DNA from: Octopus sinensis
Taxonomy: Eukaryota
Direction of reading: 5' to 3'
Assembly: GCF_006345805.1 (NCBI RefSeq)
Contig: NC_043010.1
Coordinates: forward strand, 57,536,001 to 57,600,000
Length of the DNA stretch: 64,000 nucleotides
Position numbers and translations under genes: made by a program. Positions 53,185 through 64,000 of the stretch are shown here, one piece after another. The notes beneath the pieces were generated by a model. It had not been told where the DNA came from, did not search any database, and worked only from the letters and a program-made list of their open reading frames with translations. The number at the start of each line of letters is the position of its first letter. The stretch's first letter is position 1.

Positions 53185-53370
53185 ATCATCATTATTTTAG
53201 ACACACTTTCTGCATTGGCAGGGGTTGGACAGATTTTCTGGGATCCAAGTCACTTCTTGAAGTCTTTGCGTCTGTACTTGTCATTTGGCTTGGTTTGTAC
53301 AGCCATTCCTAATGTAAACCACTTTACAGAATATATTGAATGCATTTTGCTGTGGCATCAATGCAAAAGA
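53185..53370 (-). mobile_element. Degenerate RTE-LINE 3'-UTR copy
   Basis: catcatcat..ttttagacacactttc..gggttggacag..gccattcctaatgtaaaccact. Confidence 0.55.
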
Positions 53371-54278
53371 GGTTGAATATCCCTTGGTGAGACAGGGCTT
53401 GAAGGACCTCTTTCCATGTAAGTAACCACTTTACCTGGTGAATGGTAGGTGTGGATGGGGTTTGTACACAGTAAATGAAAGTTTAGAAATGGAAGAACAA
53501 TGATGAGAGGCCAGAAATGGTTATTAGAGTGGCAGGGATAGGAGAGTAATTGTAGGTCTAGAGCAGGGCCGAAGAGAGCTTGCATGGGTGACCAAGGAGG
53601 GGAACTGGAGAGAAAGAGGGGAAAGGACAATGGACGGAGAAGGATCAGAATAGGTGGGAGAGTAGAAGGAAAAAACAGTATGAGGGCAAGAAGGCAGGGT
53701 TCTAATGTATATACTTGCCTGCACATTCAATTGTAACACTTTAATGAATCTAATTAATCCTAATTAACTAATAAAGGAATGATGCACTGAATGGTATCAA
53801 CAAAAGCTTCTTAATTAGTTGAAATTTACTTCTCAGTTGATGAAAGGAGACATGTATGCCAGTGGTGAGTGTCAGCAAAGGGAAGATAAAACAAAATCTT
53901 TGTTAGCAAACAATGGAGACAACTATGAACATGTTTCAATCTGTTTTGACCTCATCAGCAAAATAAACTGTTTGATATAACTTTGCTTTATTTTTACTCC
54001 AGTTTAGGGGGAAATTTGAATCCATTGAGAATAGTTTGTGTTCATCATTCAATAAACTGTTCCTTAACTTATTAATTTAAATTAATGCCGTTAGCAACTT
54101 CATTTATTTCCCTCAACTCATTTTAGTTTTGCTAATTATTTTGGTTAATAGTAATTAATTGAAGAAAATGAAATGTGATTCAAGCAACAAATTTAAGATT
54201 GCCGTGAAGTGAGAGGTTGACAACATAGACATGCATGGCTACCCCCATCAATACCCATCAAAACACATCATAATTTAC

Positions 54279-56660
54279 CTTCGTTAATTTTGGTAAAGTT
54301 GTTACCATTGTTGATGTTTTCCATTCGTTCTGTGATTCTTCTTCGGGATAAAACTGATTTTTAGATTTCATAGATTGTGTGTTTCTATTTAACATCTCCT
54401 CTGGGTTCCCCGCAAGGACGATGGGGTTACTGGTTTGGTAAATTAATTGTTTCATTTCCGTCCTTGATTGGTATGGCTGATTCTCTGCGGCAGTATTGTT
54501 TCTTTGATTGTTGCACCTGATTGCAGTCACTGTGATGAAAATAACGATGGCTATGGACAATAGCACCGCAACAACGACTATGATGATCACCAGATTCACA
54601 TCTATCATGTCTTCAGATTGGACTTGAACAGCTGAGAAAGCCGTGAAGGTTTCGTTACTGACGGTCAGTGTTAATGCCACAACAGTGGTTGCCGACAGGA
54701 CTGGGGTCCCACTGTCTTTCACCAGAAACTGCAGGTCATATGACCCAGCATCATTTTGGTAAACTGTTCGAGAGAAAGACAGAACACCTGTGTAAAAATT
54801 GACAGAAAACAAATGTTTGTCGTTACCTGCGATGATTTCGTACCTGAGAAATGCATTCTCACGACTATCTCTGTCGGATGCCCGCAGGACTGTGATGTCA
54901 TTCTTACTCTGGGGATAATAATGAATGTCTAAACTAAAGGGACTAACACTGGGGAATGTAAAGTAAGGGGCATTATCATTTTCGTCCATCACTTCCACAA
55001 TAATGTTTGCTGTATTATTTAGGGAGTTCACCCCATTGTCTTTGACAAAAACCTTAAATCTGTATACATCTTGCTGCTCCCTATCTAGTGACTGGGTTGT
55101 CAATATGAAACCATTTTTTGTTATAAACAAGGGCAGATTACCTTCATCTTTTAAGGAATATGTCAACTCTCCCCCAGGCCCCAAATCAGGGTCTGTAGCA
55201 TCAATGAAGCCAATAGGGAAATTTGGGGGTTTGTTTTCATAGGTGAGGAATTTATATGTGACTTTAGTAAATTGAGGCTGTACATCGTTGACATCAATAA
55301 CTTGTATGGAGAAATTTCTTTTAGATTTCAATGGAGGAGTTCCTTGATCTTCACAGCTAATGGTGATATGATAATAATCTTTTATTTCTCTATCGACTGA
55401 CCGTTTTAATGTTATTTTGAATTCTTTAGAACCTAAACTCAACAGTTTGAATACTTCATGTTTGAGGTCACATGTCACTTCACCATTTTGCCCCAAGTCA
55501 TCATCAGTGACCATCACATAAGCAATAAAGCTTCCCACTTCAATGTCTTCAGGAATTGCAGTGGAATTCTCTGATATTGCAGACACAAAGTCTACGCTAA
55601 TTATAGGTCTGTTGTTCTGCTGGTTGATTACATTGACAAGAACCAGAGCTGTGGAGCTGAGTGATGGTTTACCACCATCAATAGCTTCCACAAACAATTT
55701 ATACGTTTGTTTTTGACCTGGAACAAATGTTTCTTTTAATAGAATTTCACCAGAATCTGGTTTTAAATAGAAATTTTTTTTGTCTTCATTTAATGTTTTA
55801 GGGCTGAAATGGTAAAAAACTTTGCCATTTTCTCCAATGTCAGAATCTGTTGCTGTCAATGTAATAATGGGTTTGTTTTTATTGTGGCTACTTTTTATGG
55901 AGACATTAAAGGTATTCCGGTGGAAAATTGGTAAGTTGTCATTGACATCAATGACTGAAATTTGGACATTTAAAATCCCAACTTTGGGTGGAGATCCTCC
56001 ATCTTTAGCAATAATCTGAAGAGTATAATTCCCTTTAACTTCTCTGTCTAATTCTTCATCCAAAAGAAGATTAATCTTTGATCTCCCGTCAACTCGTTTG
56101 GTGACTGACAATGAAAATGGTTCATCTGGGTTCTTCCGAAGTTCATATTTTATCAAAGAATTTAAAACACCAATGTCTTTGTCTATGACATTTGGTATCG
56201 GTTTCACTGTTTTGGTTCTGTCTGATTCAAGGAAATGAAGGTCGACTTCTTTGACAGGAAACTCAGGTTGGTGGTCATTGATGTCTTCTATTATGACTTT
56301 AATCTTTAAGATCTTCATAAATGTCTTTTTCTGATGAACAGCAACTTTAATGATTCTAGAACATTCCTTGTTATAAATACACAAAACTTCAGCATCCAAG
56401 GTCTGAGCTGTAAACAATCTCCCGTGTTTAGTTATATTAAACAGTTGGGAAGTTCCGGACACTTTCCGTTGGAGTTGGCTGAAGGAGATTCTTTCATGTT
56501 CATCAATTAGAAAACCATTTAGTAGAGGGGAGTCAGCAGCAATGTCCCCTATAAAGGTCCCAGGACTTCTTTCTTCCTCTATATGGTAGGTAAGGTCCAC
56601 AGTGAAGCCTTCAGGAAGAAACAACAAAAGCAACAGTCCGACCAGCGTATTGAGGCTCAT
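54279..56660 (-). CDS. Protocadherin (6 EC repeats), large coding exon 1: signal peptide, EC1-EC6, TM, proximal cytoplasmic tail
   Basis: Uninterrupted ORF (track 54258..56711). Hydrophobic leader MSLNTLVGLLLLLFLPEGFT from ATG 56660. EC linkers DINDHQP, DVNDNLP, NQQNNRP, DVNDVQP, DENDNAP; LDRE/VDRE, DxD and GxPxL motifs; EC1 C-X5-C (CIYNKEC). TM VNLVIIIVVVAVLLSIAIVIFITVTAI. Ends at a phase-0 donor AAG|GTAAAT (GT 54278-54277); the last 6 aa of the ORF call are intronic read-through. Confidence 0.95.
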
Positions 56661-56686
56661 GGTTATTAAAATGCTGATTTTTCCGC

Positions 56687-56745
56687 CTGAAAAGAGAGAA
56701 GGAAGAATCATTTGTAAAATTCATTGGCAGAATCAGGGGTCAGTT
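56687..56745 (-). promoter_or_regulatory. Splice acceptor/branch region of a 5'-UTR intron just upstream of the protocadherin start codon
   Basis: Minus strand reads ttaaCTGACccc...ttcttccttctctcttttcag|GCGG, with AG at 56688-56687. The ORF-track ATG (56711) lies inside this intronic tract, so ATG 56660 is the likelier start. Confidence 0.65.
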
Positions 56746-56747
56746 AA

Positions 56748-56782
<35 letters not shown>

Positions 56783-57052
56783 AAATAATAATAATAATAA
56801 TAATGATAATAACAATAATAATAATAATAATAATAGTAATAATAATAATAATAATAATAGTCAAAACTATTGAAAAGGTTGCAAGACGCAATGAAAATTT
56901 TAGGATAATAAAAATAAGAAAAAAAGGGGAAATTTTACCGGTAAGTGTGTTAGATTATAAAGCACAAAAAGAAAATGACTCTCCCCAGACACAACAGAAT
57001 ATGCTTCAACACACAAACTCCAAAAACGAATAATATAATAATAATAATAATA

Positions 57053-57090
<38 letters not shown>

Positions 57091-57093
<3 letters not shown>

Positions 57094-57390
57094 TGTGGTA
57101 TTTTCCAGGGCGACTCACTATCACCACTCCTCTTTTGTCTAGCCTTAATTGCTCTCTCAAAATTGCTTGATGATGTATAATATGGCAATAAAATGTTTGA
57201 TAAAAATATAAATCATCTCTTTTGCATGAATGATTTAAAGCTCTTTTCAAAAAATGACCAACAACTACAGGGCTTACTAGCAATTGCTAAACAATTCAGA
57301 GATGGCATCAGAATGCAATTTGGCCTCGATAAATGTGCAAAAGCTAACATCCAACATTAAACTTGACCAGCAGAATGTCATAAAGGAAGA
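57091..57390 (+). mobile_element. R4/Dong-like non-LTR retrotransposon RT fragment
   Basis: KCGIFQGDSLSPLLFCLAL..*..NHLFCMNDLKLF..MQFGLDKCAKA in one frame. Starts directly after a (TAA)n tract. Confidence 0.8.
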
Positions 57391-57445
57391 AACGTGAAAA
57401 GCTGTGAAGCAACTAAAATCTAAGCTAACAACAAATAATAACTAC

Positions 57446-57723
57446 ATTTCTATATTTAAGAGATGAGGAATTATATACATTATTTACATTTGCCCACGGA
57501 CATATGACGTAGTGGTTAAGAGCGCAGACTACTAACCCCAAGATTCCGAGTTCGATTCGAGGCTGTGACCTGAATAATAATAATAATAACATTGAAAAAA
57601 AACTTAGGAATGAGAACCCAGGTTCAAAATTTCCCCCAAGACACCTGATGAAGGCTGGAGGGTATATCAGCTGAAACGATGTGTTAACAACAAACAAGAT
57701 GAGAACAAATATCCGGCAAATGT
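57446..57723 (+). mobile_element. tRNA-headed short retroelement with a minimal hammerhead-like motif and 13-bp TSD
   Basis: A box tgacgtagtgg 57505-15, B box gttcgattc 57550-58, (AAT)n, then gacac-CTGATGA-a-ggctg..cagct-GAAA-cgat-gtgtt at 57640-57685. Flanking direct repeat AAATAATAACTAC at 57433-45 and 57724-36. Confidence 0.75.
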
Positions 57724-59319
57724 AAATAATAACTACTTATGACTTGGACTAAGCTTAATGTTTATATGAGAGACAAGATTATATTTAAATGGACTGACTC
57801 CAGAGTATTACTGGTACTAACTCTTTGTCAACCTCAGATAAATGAAAGAAAATATTAAAAATATGAAACTAAATCATTTAAAGTGCTTTGTCCAGTGTTC
57901 TACAGTGACCCTGGTACTGATGGTCAAGTTGGTGGAGTGGACAACCAGCTCAGATAGTATATTAGATACTGGCTAAGTCCACCTAACAGTTACTATGCTG
58001 CTGTGAATAGCTAAGTCCACCTAGTTGTACACAACATTCAACTGACTGTTGTAAATATCAGTAGAACTGTATGTCTATGCAACATTTGTCACTGAATTGT
58101 CCTGGTCAATATGTGTCCCTGTTAGAATTGGGTCTCTTGGTCTTTCATTCCCCACACCCCCAGGATGGCACTGGGTACCATACTATAGATTCTTACATTG
58201 AGTGGAAGAAAGGTGTTATTGGGTAGATCTACTCCAGGAATTCATGGGTCACTTTATAGTTGAACAATCCTGGGGTGATGGAAAGTAGAGGCAACCACTG
58301 GTAGGATTTGAACTCACATTAGAGGATTTAATGAAGTTGACAAATAATTATTAGGCTATATTATAAATGTGAATATAGCAAGATGGATATACGATGTAGT
58401 TAATATAATTATGCTATGATAAATATAATCAGGATAACTATATATCCATTGAATTAATAAGTATAAATAGAAATATGATGACTGTCAGGATAAAAACTTA
58501 GAATATATGATATATGACAAATATTATTATGATATATGATAAATATAATTATGATACTGACTAAAGAATGAAATTTCCACTCAGTGGACAGATGTGTTAT
58601 AAAAAGATTGGTCATTGTAAGGGAGATAACTGCGGTGAGACTGGAGATTAGATGCTGTATTTGGGAGAGTGAGTCGCACACGCGCGTGTTTGCCTGTATA
58701 TCATAGGAGTGTGTGAGTGTGCTTTGTGTCTGTCTAATGTGTGAGGGTGTATCTTTGCTTGTATTTCTATGGGAGAAGAATGCCTCTACACTCCATTCCC
58801 AGCATAGTGGTTAAGGAGTTTGCTTTCCAATTATGAGGTCTTAGGTTCAACTCCAATGAATGGCCAACTAGAAGGGAGTTTTTAAGACAGCCCCTCCCAT
58901 TGAGTGAAACAGGGTCAATAATAATTGTATGGAAGGCCTGCTGGATGTATAACTTAACCCTTTTCAGACTAACCTGCCTGAAACCACATCTAGCCCCTTA
59001 ACACCAACAGACTGTTTTAAGGAATCTCGTTAAAATTGATTGACAGGCTGTTATCAGTTTATGCCTGTTGCCATTGAGCCCTCAAGGGTTCTCAGACCCC
59101 ACACAACAGATTTACCCAGCAAAATCAGTGTAACTGTGGCTGTTTGAGAAATGAACCCCTCAAGAAGGGGTGGCTTGTTATAGTGGGTGTTGCTGGCCAT
59201 TCTGCCCCTAAGCATTTTGTCCAGCATATTAATGGCTCAGCCCCTTCACTGCCTCTTTTAGCCTGCATAATCACATACACACATACAGATGTTCTGAAAA
59301 CATAGTTACTAAAATAAGG

Positions 59320-60070
59320 ACAGGGTGAGCAAAGTTCAGAGAGCTTCTACCTTTGTTGGTAACAAAGGGCCTCTCACTCAGAGTGAAAGGCAGATTGTAT
59401 GATAGGCTGGGTACATACAGCTATGTTACATGGCAGTGAAATATGGGCTTTGCTTACAAGGACCTGAGAAAGCTTGAAAAAAATGAAGCCAGCAAGCTCC
59501 ACTGGATGGGTTAGGGTTAGTGAGCATATACAATGGTTTAAGAGAAAAATTGTGCATGATTAAGGACAGCTGCATTAAGAAGTGCTGGTCTCTAATCGTG
59601 GAGGGAACCTGTGGAAGGTGTAGAGCCAAGAAGGTGTGTGATGAGATGGTGAGAAAGGATCTCTAGACATTGAGCTTCACTGAAGAGATGATGAGTGATT
59701 GAGACATCTGGTGATTTGCTGTGCTTGGGAAGACACATAAAATTCAGTAAAACTGTGGCCATCCCTGCAAACAGGCAGGTCCTTTATGACCCTTGCTGGA
59801 ACCATGTAAAAATGCTCACACCAGCATCACATTAACAGCTCTCAAGCTGGCTGGTGGCATGTGGGAAGCACTCAAGCTGACACCTCTGCAATAAGCCATG
59901 TAATAAGCACCCAGTACACTCTGTAAAGTGGCTGGCATGTTAGGAAGGGCATCCAACTGTAGAAACCATGCCAAAGCAGAGATTGAAGCTTGGGCAGCTC
60001 TCCAGCTGGCCACCTCCTGTCAAACTGTTCAACCCATGCCAGCATGGAAAGCAGACATTAAATTATGATG
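59320..60070 (+). mobile_element. RTE-type LINE 3' portion with 3'-UTR and (GAT)n tail
   Basis: AKFRELLPLLVTKGLSLRVKGRLYD..AMLHGSEIW..SCIKKCWSLIVEGTCGR, followed by the family tail. Confidence 0.85.
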
Positions 60071-60233
60071 AGGATGATATATAGATGGATGGATGGATGG
60101 ATAAATAGATAGATAGACAGATGTGTGTGTGTGTGTGTGTTAATGTCTCTGCAGCTTGACATCACATCAGAAAATATTACCTTAGTTGGAGACATTGAGG
60201 GTTGGTGACAGGAAGAGCATTCATCTGTGGAAT

Positions 60234-60272
<39 letters not shown>

Positions 60273-60273
60273 C

Positions 60274-60307
<34 letters not shown>

Positions 60308-60335
60308 GTGTGTGTATGTGTATGTATGGCTGTGT

Positions 60336-60483
60336 AGGTGCAGGTTTGTGTGTGTGGTAAGAAATATGCTTCCCAACTGCAGAGTTACAGGTGGCACCAC
60401 AGACAAATGTCTTCTACAATAGCCTCAGGCCAACCAAACACTTGTGAATGGATTTGGCAGATGAAAACTGAAAGAAGCCTGTA

Positions 60484-60526
<43 letters not shown>

Positions 60527-60805
60527 CATCATCATCATTTAATGTCTATTTGCCATGCTTGTATGGGTTGATGTGTGTGTGTGTGTGTGTTTGTGTGTGT
60601 GTGTCTTTGTACATGTTTGTCCTCCACCCTTGCTTGACAACCGGTGTTGGTGCGTTTATGTCCCTGTAACCTAGCAGTTTGGCAAAAGGGTCTGATAGAA
60701 TAAGTACTGTACTGTGTCTGTTCATCTGAGTGAAATTCCTCAGGGCAGTGCCCCAGCATAGCCACAGTCCAATGATTCAAACAGGTAAAAAACAAAAAGA
60801 TAAAA
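60336..60805 (+). mobile_element. SINE family A copy
   Basis: Head and tail align with 16222-16629. Confidence 0.8.
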
Positions 60806-61196
60806 AAATGTGTGTGTATGTGTATGTATGCGTGTATGTATGTATGCATATGTGTGTGTGTGTTTGTGTCTAAATGTATGTATTCATGCATGAATGTATG
60901 TATGTATTTGTGTGTATGCATATATATATGTAAATGTGTATATATATATATATGCATGTATATATGTATTTGTGCATGTATATATGTATGTGTGTATGTA
61001 CATTTGAATACATGAATTTGTGCATGTGTGCATGTATGTGTATAATTGTATATGCATACATACACGAGTGTGCATATATATTTATGTATTATATGTGTGT
61101 GCATATGTTCATGAGCTTGTATGTTTGTGTGTCTGTAACACAGACAGCCATACAAAGTCTCCAACATCGACACAGCTGCAGGAAATACACACACAC

Positions 61197-61228
<32 letters not shown>

Positions 61229-61580
61229 CACCACCACCACCACCACCACTACTCTCAGTCGTTACCAAATCTGCTCCTCCTCCTACTTCTTCCTCTGCCC
61301 GCCACCAAGTTATCTCCCCTTCACCACACACTATCTTTCTGCCATCTTGTTATGATGTATGGCTGACCTCTACAGCTCTATCATATAATATCACCTCTCC
61401 CTCTCTTCTTCTTCTTCTTCTTCTCGGTGTCTCACTCTCCAATTTCCTCTCTATATCTTTCTTTGCCATTCTCTCTCTCCACATCCAACCTGTCAGATTG
61501 TACAATATTCAGGCACATTATCTATCTATCTATCTATCTATTTCTTTCTCCCTCTCTTCTCTCTCACTCATTCTCCCCCC

Positions 61581-61639
<59 letters not shown>

Positions 61640-62966
61640 GAGACATATATATGTGCTTGTATGTATGTGTGTGTCTGTATGTATACATTTATGTTTACAA
61701 ACAAGAAGGTGCTCCATGCTTCATGGACAATCAGAGAGTAAATGTTTATGGCAGAGTTGAGTATGGTTTCTGCTACTACTCGGAGTATCAAGCATGTTAC
61801 TGATTACATCACACAATATAGTATATAAGATATGGTATGTCCATCCTGACCCTACCCCTCTCCTCCTCCTCCTTCGTTTTACCATTCACTTTTTATTTTG
61901 TCATGATTAAGACAGAATTTGTTGAAGTTGGATGCTCTTCCAGTCACAAACATTCATTTGTTTCCAAGTAAGGCAATATTTCCCCCAAACCCTTTGAACA
62001 TAAACAGAACAATGACTGGAAGACTTCAAACAAATGACACCGTAATTTTAATGTAGATGAGCAAACGCATGTATATATAGAAAGGTTATTAGTACTTAGG
62101 CATCTGCACATTCATGGGGTGTACCTACAGTTAGGGAAGCAAAATGGATCTATTGCTACAAACGTGATGGCACAGGGGTATATATTCACAGATTGGAGCT
62201 TGATAGAGTTGCAATCAAATTAACAGGTTATTGCCTGTCTGGCAGTTTACATCTAATTTCCCCTAAAATATACTTTGTAAAGTGAGGGCATGATGAGGAA
62301 ATATCGCTTTTAGTCTTTTTATAGTCCCTGAAGATTCATAGGTTTTTCAAGTGAGCATATGGGACATCCTTCTGATCCATTAATATATGGCCTGGTCTTA
62401 GAATGAATCTTGTAGTTGATGTTGTCCTTAAGCTTCGTTCTAGCAGCTTATGAAACTTTAGGTTTGATGAAGCTCAGCTAAAATGTTATTAAGTATTATA
62501 AATAAATCCTCCTGAATGTGCTGAGTGTCAATTTCTTTCATTTCCCAATAACACACACAAATACACACACACACACACACACACACAGATACACACACAC
62601 ACACACACAGATACATACACACACACACACATATAGTCATGATACTTTTTATGTGATGCATATATATATATAATAACAATATACTATTGTTGGTGCATAA
62701 CATAATGCAGAATCCCTTTCTATAACTGTATACATGCTTTCATATTTATATGAAAGCATCTATACATATACATCAGTTATATGTTGTTACATTTTACATC
62801 TTGCGTTATATGTATATATATGTGTGTGTGGGTGTGTGTGTATACATGCAATATAAACTTTTCGTATTTCTACAACATATTTTTCTATTCTTTAAATCGT
62901 TGTAATTAATGTTGTTTGCTGGCAGTTTTCTTTTTTCCTTCCTGCTTCTTGCAGGCACAACATCAC

Positions 62967-63108
62967 CTACAGCTCTGTCGGAATTTCGTTGTGACAACCA
63001 AAAATGGTTTGGGGAAGAAAACAGTTTTAAAATATTCATATATTCACCAAACAACTTCAAAAATGAACTTGTAAAAGTGCAGTTGTCTGGAGAAACGGTT
63101 TTGTCAAA
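62967..63108 (-). other. Candidate upstream (5'-UTR) exon of the protocadherin
   Basis: Minus-strand acceptor tgtcttctgtttactttgctttcag| (AG 63110-63109) and a weaker donor TAG|GTGATG (GT 62966-62965). Unique sequence between microsatellites. No transcript evidence. Confidence 0.3.
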
Positions 63109-63190
63109 CTGAAAGCAAAGTAAACAGAAGACAGTGAAATACAGGAATAACTTGAAGGATATATATATATACATACATACATATATATCC

Positions 63191-63305
<115 letters not shown>

Positions 63306-63491
63306 TAGATAGATAGATAGATAGATATGTATATATATGCATATGTGTGTATGTGTGTGTGATGTCTATGTGTGTGTGTATGTATGGTATGTGTATATAT
63401 ATATTTAGATAATGTATATATATTTATATAGATATATATATTTCCAGCATGGAAACCTGAAGTTAAATGATGATTATGATGATGGCGATGA

Positions 63492-63527
<36 letters not shown>

Positions 63528-64000
63528 CGTATATAGACATACACACATAAATATACACACATATATACATCATTCAGATCGTTGTACTGTGATTGATGGT
63601 GAAAATATGGAAAGACTTTGTGAAATTTCTGGGGTTTTTTGTTTGTTTTTTTCCTTTTTTTAGTTTCTTTTTCAATTGAAAGACAAAAATAAACGAAATA
63701 TTTTGATATATTTGTGAGAATGAGAAATTATGTAAAACTTTAAAATATTGTCCAACAGTCTTGACAGGTAAACACTTCAACTTCCTCCACACCTTTCTCT
63801 CTTGATAATTTCCTCTAGTTTTCCTGTCTTCTACTGATTCTCAACTTCCATCCCCAAACTCTCACCAAACTTTCACATTTTTCCAGCAATGTCTGCAAAA
63901 TATGTTTTCCACTTGCAGATATGGCAAACATCCCTCATATTCTTTTCCTGTCTTCCCCTTGGCTGATTTGCATAGAATGGCACCAGCCTGAAGCCTTCGT

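Noticed and set aside
56661-56711. N-terminal extension from ATG 56711
   Set aside because: It overlaps a strong polypyrimidine tract and acceptor, and the signal peptide fits ATG 56660.
57495-57572. Functional tRNA gene
   Set aside because: The acceptor and anticodon stems are degenerate and the sequence is embedded in a TSD-flanked element, so it is a SINE head.

Overview
Eukaryotic, AT-rich and microsatellite-saturated genomic DNA, almost certainly from an octopus (inferred from the protocadherin type and the repeat landscape). One real protein-coding gene is supported: a minus-strand 6-EC protocadherin. It has one large exon (56686->54279) encoding signal peptide, EC1-6, TM and proximal tail, a phase-matched exon 2 (39584->39416) carrying a D-T-G-H-x-W...Y-E-E-I motif, and a probable short exon 3 (37248->37193). 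A strong acceptor 26 nt before the likely ATG (56660) implies an upstream UTR exon. Nearly all other ORFs in the track are microsatellite translations or transposon relics. These relics include several Tc1/mariner elements (maT/DD37D-like, mariner DD34D-like, Tc1, and a nearly intact DD36E element with one nonsense codon), piggyBac, Helitron-like elements, RTE-type LINEs with many 3'-UTR copies, an R4/Dong-like RT fragment and several tRNA-derived SINE families. The most unusual items are a TSD-flanked tRNA-headed element carrying a minimal hammerhead-like ribozyme (57446-57723), the DD36E transposon, two long hairpins, a ~57-bp repeat array, a 2x2 head/tail shuffle among SINEs and a nuclear-receptor half-site cluster. 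No database search was possible, so family names rest on motif recognition, and many boundaries are approximate.
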